Shown here piece after piece: positions 12,962 through 23,482 of a stretch of DNA of 64,000 bases (position 1 is its first letter; every line of letters begins with the position of its first letter). A program made the translations under genes and the position numbers. The stretch spans positions 90,334,001-90,398,000 of the forward strand of contig OX597824.1 in NCBI GenBank assembly GCA_951406725.2. The letters are read 5' to 3'. Origin of the DNA: Octopus vulgaris (taxonomy: Eukaryota). The notes under the pieces are model-generated. The model was given only the letters and a program-made list of their open reading frames with translations, was not told the origin of the DNA and searched no databases.

Positions 12962-14781
12962 ATACAGAATTCTTTCACTTTCTCTTTCTTTTGACAGTTC
13001 TTTATTTACGAATCGGTGTCACTGTCAGCGAATACCTGGCGACATTAGCAGTGGCATCATCACCGGTGATGACGGCTCTTCTTTACCTGCCGGGACCTGC
13101 ATTCAGCCCTGGGATACAATTGCGGCCGTGGTAATAATGCTATGTTAAATTTAGATCTCGCATCTTGTTGTTCCTTCTTTTTGATGACGACTGTGATGGC
13201 TAACTCAAGTTGGTTAGAGACGGAGAACCGGTTCTAACAGCCGGAGGTATTACAGACAAATACGCAAATTCTTCCCACTCGGTTCTGGCCCATGTTCTGA
13301 CCTCGGAGCGGTACTTTGCCGAAAAGCTGTGCTGGATTAAAACTCTAGACAAATGTTTCAGTCATTTGACTGTGGCCATGCTGGAGCACCGCCTTTAGTC
13401 GAAGAAATCAACCCCGGGACTTATTCTTTGTAAGCCTAGTACTTATTCTATCTGTCTATTTTGCCGAACCGCCAAGTTACGAGGATGTAAACACACCAGC
13501 ATCGGTTGTCAAGCGATGTTGGGGGACAAACACACACACATATATATATATATACATATATACAACAGGCTTCTTTCAGTTTCCGTCTGCCAAATCCACT
13601 CACAATGCTTTGGTCGGCCTGAGGCTATAGTAGAAGACACTTGCCCAAGGTGCCACGCAGTCTAATAACTGAATCCGGAACCATGTGGTTGGTAAGCAAG
13701 CTACTTACCACACAGCCACTCCTGCCCCTGGCCAAAAAAAATGTTGTTAACGGCAGCACAAATCTAAATTTTAAAGCAGAGAACAGGCTGCTCTGTCTCG
13801 ACGGGGCGTCGGCACAACCGTAAGTTAATGGCGACATAGTTCTAATAAATTGGAACAGCAAATACTCTATCTTTTCTTAGCCATCGCTGTGAAAGTTTCG
13901 AAGAGAGAAGCAGCAGAAGAGAAAACCCGAGACGATTGATGACGTCTGCGACAAGTTTTAGATTATTTTCTTTTAGATGTTCTATTTTACTTGAGATACA
14001 CAACCGAGAGTTTGTTGGTCTAAGAAGCACAACTCTAAAAGTGATGGGGTTTGTTAGAGGACCAGCTACGAGGGAGCGTACTGAATCCCGGTGGAGTACA
14101 AAGAGAATGGCTTTGTGGGAACACAGCTCCGAGATGGGTCATAGAAGCGGTGCGATTTTAACACAGGGTAACACAGCTTTGGAACTTTGTTGAACAGTTT
14201 TATGGAACATTTGCAGCATCAGGATTCAGAGATACACAACAGGGGCCCAGTTGAGAGACTCAACCCCGGATCACAACAACGGCACAGCTTCACTCTAGGC
14301 AAGCAACTTTTGCAACTATTGTTTTCTTGTTGTTTTTTTTATTACTTCTCTGTCAATTCTCTTACCATCTTTCTCTGACAGTACCCTGTTCTCATTCACA
14401 TTGTCTACACACACACACAAGCACACACACACGATTTTTTTAATCTCCGATAAAAGCCGAAATTTTGTTTGTAAAAAGAAAAAAAGGAATAAAAGCCTTT
14501 TTTAAAAAAATATCATCACTTAAAATTATTGATTAATATTTTTCGTAATCATATTATCAATTATTACATAATTATTCAGTCAACCCATAGTAAAGAGAAA
14601 CACAACGAACTCGTTACAGTCAAAGATATGTTATATAATTGAATGAATGAAAAGAAAAAAAATTGTCGTTTACTCACCAACATTTTGCAAATAAATTATG
14701 TTTTTCACTTATCAACTTTCAGGTTTCACATCCAACATTTTATGACATAACTCCGCATCTTTTTACTTACAGGAGGAGTAT

Positions 14782-14801
14782 TTCTTGGAAAAAGTATAAA
14801 A
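14782..14801 (+). promoter_or_regulatory. GAS (STAT) site TTCTTGGAA followed by TATAAAA: candidate SOCS core promoter
   Basis: TTCTTGGAA at 14782-14790 and TATAAAA at 14795-14801, about 300 bp upstream of the SOCS ATG. Confidence 0.5.
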
Positions 14802-15104
14802 CCTCACAATTTCCATTACTCAATTCACACAATGGGGTCTCGGACTTGGTTTAAGAAGAAATCAATATTTGTTGGTTTCTCGTCCTTATAAATCCCTGCT
14901 CGAAACTTCGGAACTATTTCATTTCTCTTACATGAATTGTGGCACAATTTCATTTTCTCTCGGAAAGAAAATAATTAAACAAAAGTAATCCCTGATTACT
15001 TACATGTCTACATAAGGAATTATAACGCAATTGTCTGGATTTTTAAAGAAATTCCAACGATAAGTAAAACTGACTCAAATCCCTTTGTTTCGTATTCGTT
15101 CAAA

Positions 15105-15749
15105 ATGAAACGATCCCCTAATCAACCCGGGGTGAACCATCACTTGGCTCCAGCGTCATCACCACTGACAGATACAAAAATGAAATTTCTACGAATTATT
15201 TTAATCAACAAGCAATATTTAAACGAAGGAAAATGGTACTATGCCGAAATGAGCAAAGAGAAGGCACACCACATTCTATTAAATACCGAAAATGGAACCT
15301 TTCTCTTACGGAACAGTTTTAATTCAGAGAATGTGTTTGCATTGTCGGTGAAAACCTTCGACAAAGTGATCAGTACCAAAATAATTTCCCGCTACAATTT
15401 CTTCCATTTAGATTGTGTCAAAGAAGCCCAAAATAAAATACCTCTTTTTCAAACTGTTATTGAACTTGTACAATTTTATTCCAATCGTTGTTCAAAAGGA
15501 CCCCGGCATGAAAGAGGGATTCAAAACCATTGGTGTTGGTTCGATAGCTCTGTCAACAAGCACATACCAATCATTCTGGAAATTCCATTAAGACACTCAG
15601 TTCCAACATTAAAACATCTCTGCAGGCTCGTTATCAATGTGTCAGTTGAGAAAACGGAGGCAGAGACCCCTCTTCATTATTCCATACGAAAATTACCACT
15701 TCCACCTTTTCTCAAAGACTATGTCAGTTCCTATCCATTTGTTATTTAA
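15105..15749 (+). CDS. Suppressor of cytokine signalling, SOCS2/CISH-like (SH2 domain + C-terminal SOCS box), single exon
   Basis: 214-aa ORF. SH2 signature KWYYAEMS...GTFLLRNS...FALSVKT...F.TVIELVQFY; SOCS box VPTLKHLCRLVIN...LPLPPFLKDYVSSYPF. Short N-terminus as in the SOCS1-3/CISH class. Exact orthology not determinable by eye. Confidence 0.95.
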   Translation: MKRSPNQPGVNHHLAPASSPLTDTKMKFLRIILINKQYLNEGKWYYAEMSKEKAHHILLNTENGTFLLRNSFNSENVFALSVKTFDKVISTKIISRYNFFHLDCVKEAQNKIPLFQTVIELVQFYSNRCSKGPRHERGIQNHWCWFDSSVNKHIPIILEIPLRHSVPTLKHLCRLVINVSVEKTEAETPLHYSIRKLPLPPFLKDYVSSYPFVI

Positions 15750-15819
15750 GTGAGCCAATGGTAACACACACAGAATTGAATATCTTATGAAATCGAAATT
15801 AAAGCAACTTGCTATCAAC

Positions 15820-16046
15820 TTATTTATTGCAAATATTTATGACTTAAAAAAACTCGTATTTATTAGATTTTTTTTCAATCAAAAAGAATCAAAATGTTAA
15901 AATCTTTTAATTAATAATTCAAACTGTCTCCAAGAATTAAATAAGGTTTTGGGGGCTACAGGTACTGTAAGGTCTTTAGTAATATTTTCAAAAGGGAGGA
16001 AAGAAAAAAACTAAATATACTTTAACCAGGTTAACGTTGAAATAAA
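15820..16046 (+). promoter_or_regulatory. SOCS 3'UTR with AU-rich elements and candidate poly(A) signal
   Basis: TTATTTATT at 15820-15828, further ATTTA pentamers, AATAAA at 16041-16046. Confidence 0.4.
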
Positions 16047-16204
16047 AGCGCTTCTTTTAGCCATAAATATATTTAATACGTTTTTGGATTTGATTTGCAA
16101 GATTCTTTATGTGAGTTCGTGTGTTGAAGCATATTTTGTTGTGTCTGGGGAGAGTCATTCTCTTTGAGTGCTTTATAATTTAACACACGCTCCGGTAAAA
16201 TTTC

Positions 16205-16242
16205 CTAAAATTTTTCGTTGCGTCTTGCAACCTTTTCAATAG
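16205..16242 (-). ncRNA. Hammerhead variant with U3-A8 core pair
   Basis: Reverse complement: CUA-UUGAAAA-G-GUUGC(aagac)GCAAC-GAA-AAAUU-U-UAG. Confidence 0.5.
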
Positions 16243-16756
16243 TTTCGACTCTTTAATACAACTACTACTTATGTGCCAGAGAGAATGAGAAAGCTGTCAT
16301 TGTATATAGAACATCAGTTTCACTTTCATTATACCTTGTATACAAAGTGAAAGTGATGCTTTGAAGGCAAAGATAGCCGTATGTGTGTGTGTGTGAGCGT
16401 GTGTGCGATCCAAATCAGAAGATGGCAGAAGAGTTTAGCACATCGTTATATATGAGGTTGTGAGCTCGAATCCAGGACCGGGCTGCGTGTTGTGTTCTTG
16501 AGCAAGACACTTTATTTCACGTTGCTCCAGTTCACTCAGCTGTAGAAATGAGTTGCGACGTCACAGGTGCCAAGCTGTATCGGCCCCTTCGCCTTTCCCT
16601 TGGACAACATCGGTGACGTGGAGAGGGGAGACCGGTATGCATGGGCGACTGCTGGTCTTCCATAAAAACAACCTTGCCCAGACTTGTGCCTCAGAGGGTA
16701 ACTCTCTAGGTGCAAGCCCATGGTCAGTGTCTGACCGAGGAGGGTCACAATATATA

Positions 16757-16817
<61 letters not shown>

Positions 16818-17953
16818 GTCTATATATCTACGTATAGTAATTGAAAGTTTTTTTCTTTCAGTAGATAATTTGGAATACTTTGGTTTAGCATTCCCATGTC
16901 AGATTATCTCTTAATCTCTAGAGGTCTCTGGCCTGTCCCTTACGGTTAAATACCATAACACTTAAACGGCAGATCATGAACCGATGTTTCTAAAAATTTT
17001 ACATGGATACGACGACCTTCATCAAAGGAAAGTGGATGTTTCGTAGCACTTTTCAGTCATGAGATTGTGAATTTTATTGTATGAGAAAACAACAATCATA
17101 ATAGTTTTTGTAGTTATTTAATGAGAAAATAAGTATAAGAATTGGTACTAGGGGATACAAGGGTCCCGAAATATTCTTTTCAACTCTAGGTACAAGGCCC
17201 CCGAAATTTTGGGGGAGGGGGTCAGTCGATTAGATCGACTCCAGTACGCAACTGGTACTTAATTTATCAACCCTGAAAAGATGAAAGGCAAAGTCGACCT
17301 CGGCAGAATTTGAACTCAGAACGTTTCGTCTGCCGTTACGTTCTGTGTTAAAATTCCGCCGAGGTCGACTTTGCATTCAGCGTACTGGGATCGGGGCCTT
17401 GTGCCAAGAGTAGAAATATTTCGGGGCCCATGTATCCTACTAGTTACTAGTGACTAGTACCTGAAAATTCCCCTCGAGAAATATATTAAAAAAAATTTTT
17501 TTCCCCGTTTGGCACACGTTCATTGCAACCATTTCGCGCCGTTTAAGGATTAATCTAAATCTGATTTTCAGCTGTTAACCATAACTTTAATTTCTGTTGT
17601 TAAATTAAGATATTTAATCATACGAAGAGCTTTTTGTTCGAATCCCGTTCGACATCTGCATTTTCCGAATTCGTGAACTTAATGCTTTCCGTCGGTGTAA
17701 ATTACAACTGTTTTTTTAAAACTTTGTTTTTATTATTATTTATTGTTTTTTTTCCCCAGATCATTTTAACGAATCTAATAAATTATTTTTCGTTTTTGGA
17801 TTTGGTTTGCAAGATTCTTTATGTGAGTTCGTGTGTTGAAGCATTATAAGGCACAAAAAGAAAATGACTCTCCCCAGACACAACATAATAAATTATTGAA
17901 CCTGTTTAAAAAGAAAGTAACAAGAAACAACGATCTTATTTAGGGGGTTATTG

Positions 17954-18076
17954 GGCGGAGGTAAAGAATACGCACACCTTCCGTTATCGGTGTAACAAAA
18001 GCCCTAACCCTAATTCTAAATCCTAACCCCAAACCCTAACCTTAAACACCGGGTGTACGTATTCTTTACTTTCGCC
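17954..18076. mobile_element. Small Merlin-like MITE with internal telomere-like CCCTAA repeats
   Basis: TIR GGCG.A.GTAAAGAATACG.ACACC; 8-bp TSD GGTTATTG. Confidence 0.8.
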
Positions 18077-18368
18077 GGTTATTGTAAGTGCTGACTTCAG
18101 GTCAATTTCAGTAGAGCATAAATGATCAAAGATGTTCCAGTATCGACCATCCCGTCGGTTATTCCGGCACAGCGTTATCTTTAACTTCACCTAAATTACT
18201 CTTTCTTTTTCCTTTAAGACGGCAGGATATTATTTGAAGGAGATTTGGTTGCTATTTCTAGGCGGTCGAACTAACATCGAGAACGAACCTCTTCAGCGAC
18301 GAAGATAGGTATTAGCAACTAAGGGGTTCGCTAGGGTCCAAGAGAAGATGGGACTAGTTACCATAAGC

Positions 18369-18734
18369 GGATCTTTTCGGTTTGAACGGCAGTTTTTTTC
18401 TAGCGGTATCATATGAAATTGTCACCCATAATTATGACCCTAGTATCGATCTATTGCATTTCAATCTGTTTTAAGATTAGTTAATCTGTTTCTTAAACGA
18501 GGGACATATTCATACGGCACAGAATGTTTTCACTTCAATAGACGTCATTGATTGGTTGAAATTGCAGAAATTGAAGAAAAAGAACCAACAAATATCTTAC
18601 AAACCATTGAATTTTCTCAATAAAGCCAAGAGAAAGAGAGGTTTTATAAACACATTCTACCAGTATACGAAGTTTAAAAGTGTTTAGTTACCTAGAAATT
18701 ATGCTAAAAACTGCCGTTCAAACCGAAAAGATCC
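18369..18734. mobile_element. Merlin-like MITE
   Basis: TIR GGATCTTTTCGGTTTGAACGGCAGTTTTT; 8-bp TSD CCATAAGC. Superfamily inferred from the GG terminus plus 8-bp TSD. Confidence 0.85.
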
Positions 18735-19200
18735 CCATAAGCTACTCATCTCCGTGAATTAGGAGGAAAAAACCCAGCCTGGCCCTACAAACCCGCCGTT
18801 TCCATCACTTTGTGTAAAAAAAAATATTTATTTTGTGTTTTATTTACTTTGCTAGGTAGTCGTTGTAGGATCGACTAGCTAGCGCGGATGCGCGACTATG
18901 CGAGTGCGCGCACCGGGACCACTCTTCTTAAGTAATACCGCTTTAACGATTCTGTCGACTCGTCAACAAATTATGAAAAGTTTCTTTTAGTCAGATTTGC
19001 AAAAAGGTGACTGCATTGCATCGACATTTTGGCGATCTTTCGTTTTGATTTTATTTATTTACTTTTGTTTTAAAGCGAAAGATGTATGTACGTGTATATG
19101 AAATGGACGTGTGTGTGTGAGAGAGAGAGAGAGAGAGAAAGAAAAAGAGATGTCTAAGTGGCACTCTCTCTCTCTCTCTACATATACATGACAGCACATC

Positions 19201-19250
<50 letters not shown>

Positions 19251-19372
19251 CGTCCATACATCTTTCACTTTCGCCTCTTTCACTTTAAAGCAAAAGTAAA
19301 TAAATATTACGGAGATGTACTTGCATAGCAAGTGATTTGATCTGAGATTGTGTGCTGGAACGAAAACAATTG

Positions 19373-19611
19373 CAGCGTGGAAGGTGTTTATAAGCCATTT
19401 AAAAAAACACACAAAAACCGTTAGATTCACTTCAACATTTAAATTTAATTTGTCAAAATATTTTCGTCGCTTTGAGACTGACAAAACTTCGTGCTGCATC
19501 GTCGCGGTCTCAAAGAGCCGAAAATATTTCGACAAATTAAATTTAAATGTTGAAGTGAATCTAACGGTTTTTGTGTGTTTCTTAAATGGATTATAAACAC
19601 CTTCCACGCTG
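19373..19611. repeat. Fold-back palindrome, ~110-bp arms
   Basis: CAGCGTGGAAGGTGTTTATAA...TTATAAACACCTTCCACGCTG; explains the mirrored ORFs 19242(-) and 19348(+). Confidence 0.9.
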
Positions 19612-20169
19612 TAAATAAATATTCTTCACGGAAATTAACGAACAATCATATGGTTTCATATGATCGAATTTTGACAGTTCTGAGGGTTATACCGAAAGAA
19701 TACTGACATTTTATGGTCATAACTACAGATATGTGCCCACATTCGACTGATACTTTATAACTGGATACACTTTAAATGATGTAAATTAAGGTTGTATTGG
19801 AATTCGATGAGAAAAAAAATCAGAGGCAGTGGAAAGGAGTTTTGGATAATTCATACACTTCATTTGTTTCCTCATAACTTTCTGAATACTGGATATCTTT
19901 CAATAATATTTTTTACAAACAGGTTCCAGATGGTGTACATTACAATTATGTCAGAATTTGATGTGAAAAAAAAAATTGAGACGTTGGGGTTTTGATAAAT
20001 CTCAAATCTTGACTTTGTTTCCTCATTCGTTTTGATGAGGCGTAGCAATGGAATTATCCATTACCCACCCCAATTATTTTATTCCTTTCCACATTAAATT
20101 CCAACTTAATCATATTCTACATCACCTGAAACAAAGGTTTTGAAAATTTTTTTTTTCTTTTTAAAGTTG

Positions 20170-20410
20170 ATGTACTTGACTCAATAGGTCTCCTCAGGCA
20201 CGACACATTGCCCTACGATCCAAGGTACTTTTGAGTGGGCTGGTTATGCGACACTGGTGCAGGCTACAGCTGTGAACTCACTTTACTTGTCAGGTCTTCT
20301 CAGTCATAGCATACCTCCTGAGATCTCGGTCTTTCATCATTGCCTCTGTGAGGCCCAACGTTTGAAGGTCATGCTTCACCACCTCATCTCATGTCTTCCT
20401 GGGTCTCCCT
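20170..20410 (-). mobile_element. RTE LINE 3' end
   Basis: GRPRKT*DEVVKHDLQTLGLTEAMMKDRDLRRYAM followed by 3'UTR. Confidence 0.75.
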
Positions 20411-20524
20411 CAATATGTAATTGGCTGAAATTAGAAAGTGATTCAAAGACTATGAGTTTCCTGTATTGGGTAATGAAATTACATGAAACTCTCAGCCTTT
20501 GAGTAACTCTGCAACTTTTACCAA

Positions 20525-20885
20525 TCTCTCTATATATAAACGGCAAAATGTTTGTGTGTGTCCTTTATACAAATCCACAATTTTTCAGTTAGAGGGCTCG
20601 CACTTTCTATGGTCATTCAAAACCGTCCAAGGATGGTCGTGCACATCTTTACATTTCCCCAGTCATCCCGCAAAGCCATTAAAAAGTCAATAGAAGTGAT
20701 TTTTTGTGAATTTTCTATCCAAAACCCAATCAAAATGCCTGAAACTTGATACGCCAATTGAATGCCAGCTAGCTGTATGTAATTGGTTGGAGATTTGGAC
20801 AGTACTTGCGTGTATGTGCGCAAGCATGCAGCTGTATATGCATGCTCTAGCACTATGACCCGGCAATGCCGGGTCATAGTGCTAG
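20525..20885 (+). mobile_element. Non-autonomous Helitron
   Basis: 5' TCTCTCTATATATAAA after A; 3' GC-rich hairpin and CTAG before T; no TSD. Confidence 0.8.
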
Positions 20886-21309
20886 TTAAATATATATTAG
20901 TTCATTATATGTGCAGCAGATGCAACTCTAAATTTCCAGTGCCATTGGTTTCAAAACCTTCCTGTATTGACCATTTTGCTGATCAGTGGTGGCCACCTAT
21001 CCATGCCCTTTAAGTTACAAATTATGCTCCAATTTAAGTTCTTTATGGAACAATTGAGCCTGCTCCATTATGAAGCTACTTGACAAATTCCATTCCATGA
21101 ATTTGACAGTATCAAAACCATTCCATCATTCTTGAATTACACTGGAACTCTTACCATATTCCATTGTTCTTCTAATGGTCATTCAAAATAGCTGTCAGGA
21201 ATAAAATGGAATTTCTCTCTTTTTTTTCCTCCTGCTGTGTTTTTTTTCTTTGTCATCAGAAAATGTACAGACAAAAATAAATCTAAATTGACATAATTCC
21301 CATCAAATA

Positions 21310-21913
21310 CCTATTTCTTTACTACCCACAAGGGGCTAAACATAGACAGGACAAACAAGGACAGACACACGGATTAAGTCGATTACATCGACCCCAGTGC
21401 ATAACTGGTACTTATTTAATCGACCCCGAAAGGACGAAAGGCAAAGTCGACCTTGGCGGAATTTGAACTCAGAATGTAACGGCAGACGAAATGCCTATTT
21501 CTTTACTACCCACAAGGGGCCAATACATAGACAGGACAAATAAGGACAGACACACGAATTAAGTCGATTACATCGACCCCATTGCATAACTGGTACTTAT
21601 TTAATCGACCCCGAAAGGACGAAAGGCAAAGTCGACCTTGGCGGAATTTGAACTCAGAACGTAGCAGCAGATGAAATGCCTATTTCTTTACTACCCACAA
21701 GGGGCCAATACATAGACAGGACAAACAAGGACAGACACACGGATTAAGTCGATTACATCGACCCCAGTGCATAACTGGTACTTATTTAATCGACCCCGAA
21801 AGGACGAAAGGCAAAGTCGACCTCGGCAGAATTTGAACTCAGAATGTAACGGCAGACGAAATACCGCTAAGCTTTTCGCCCGGCGTTGCTAACGATTCTG
21901 CCAGTTTGCCGCC
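21310..21913 (-). mobile_element. SINE family A: head plus three tandem ~184-bp bodies
   Basis: Units start at 21310, 21494 and 21679; B-box GAGTTCAAATTC; flanking ATCAAATACC duplication. Confidence 0.9.
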
Positions 21914-22861
21914 TTTCCTATCAAATACCATTTCATATGTGTTTGTTTTCATTTCCCAGACAAAACGAAATTGAGAATTTAACATTCACTTTAAGACATC
22001 AGTGAGACTCACATCTTTCTTAGAAACCGTTGCCGGGATAAAATTTGAGTAAAATAAGCTAAGGAGGTCACAAAATCAAGATATCACTTACACAAGTGTT
22101 GTATGAAAAAATGTTTAAATGCACAGCTGTACTCACTGCCACCTGTGGGCCATTCACTAAATAGGTCAGCCAGCTCACAAGAATTTCAAGTTCTTGCTTG
22201 TAATTTGTATAGCGTAATGGAATTACAGTAATACCTCGCAGTATGAGTTTAATTCATTCCACGACCGAGCTTGTCTTACAAATCAAATTTCCCTAATTGA
22301 AATTAACTAAAATATAATTAATCGTTCCAGACCCTCAAAAAACCATTCAAAAACAACTTTTTATGGGTTTTAAAGCAGAAAAGGTTTAGTTAGAAGTAAA
22401 GGTTTAGTGGAGAAGGCCAGCCACTGGGTTTGGTTAAAAAGAGACGATGAGCGATGGCTAGAAGGATATTGAGCTTTATTTGATTTAGCTGGTTTAGCAA
22501 GTGGGGCCTCATATCAGTGAGGGGATCCGGTGCACATTGATGCCGTCGAGAGGTAGGCCCCAAAATGGCGCGTATTCTCTCCTGATGACACCATGCACTT
22601 GCTGGCTTCCGGTATGTGGAGTTTTTGACTGGTAGCTTTTGCATGTGCAAGTTGTTTGCAAGACATATATGAAAAAAAAAGAGAATAAAAAAAAAAAGAA
22701 ATATGTAAACTGGTTTTATTAACTGAATTACCTTAAAGATGGGATGATTTGTTTGCTCATACTTCAAGACAATAATATGCACATGTCTTGGCTTGTACAG
22801 CAAATTACTGGGTCACTCGTACAGCGAGGTTCAACGGAACTGAGTCATTTGGTGCTGAATC

Positions 22862-23482
22862 GGCGAGGAGCTGGCAGAAACGCATGGCAAAATGCGCGTG
22901 ACGTGAGCATGCCGGGCAAAATGCATAGCCGTATTTCGTCTGCTGTTACGTTCAGAGTTCAAATTCCGCCGAGGTCGACTTTGCCTTTCATCCTTTTGGG
23001 GTCGATAAATTAAGTACCAGTTACGCACTGGGGTCGATGTAATCGACTTAATCCATTTGTCTGTCCTTGTTTGTCCCCTCTGTGTTTAGCCCCTTGTGGG
23101 TAGTAAAGAAATAGGTATTTCGTCTCCGCTACGTTCTGAGTTCAAATTCCACCGAGGTCGACTTTGCCTTTCATCCTTTCGGGGTCGATAAATTAAGCAC
23201 CAGTTACGCACTGGGGTTAATGTAATCAACTTAATCAGTTTGTCTGTCCTTGTTTGTCCCCTTTATGTTTAGCTCCTTGTGGGTAGTAAAGAAATAGGTA
23301 TTTTACCTGCCGCTATGTTCTGAGTTCAAATTCCGCCGAGGTCGACTTTACCTTTCATCCTTTCGGGGTCGATAAATTAAGTACCAGTTACGCACTGGGG
23401 TTAATGTAATCGACTTAATCCCCTTGTCTGTCCTTGTTTGTCCCCTTTATGTTTAGCCCCTTGTGGGCAATAAAGAAATAGG
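22862..23482 (+). mobile_element. SINE family A: head plus three tandem bodies
   Basis: Units start at 22931, 23115 and 23298. Confidence 0.9.

Larger units (their letters stand above)
10990..13727 (-). mobile_element. Three SINE family B copies (~10990-11378, 12330-12694, 13354-13727)
   Basis: tRNA-like head GTGGCTGTGTGGTAAG...GGTTCAGTCCC, internal microsatellite, tail GCATGGCC.CAGTCAAATGACTGAAACAAG. Further copies at ~5950-6095, 23630-23870, 25818-26100, 32470-32847, 60945-61450. Confidence 0.9.

Noticed and set aside
12998-14378. Possible upstream coding exons of the SOCS gene
   Set aside because: Short ORFs with stops and no recognisable motif; could still be UTR or regulatory sequence.
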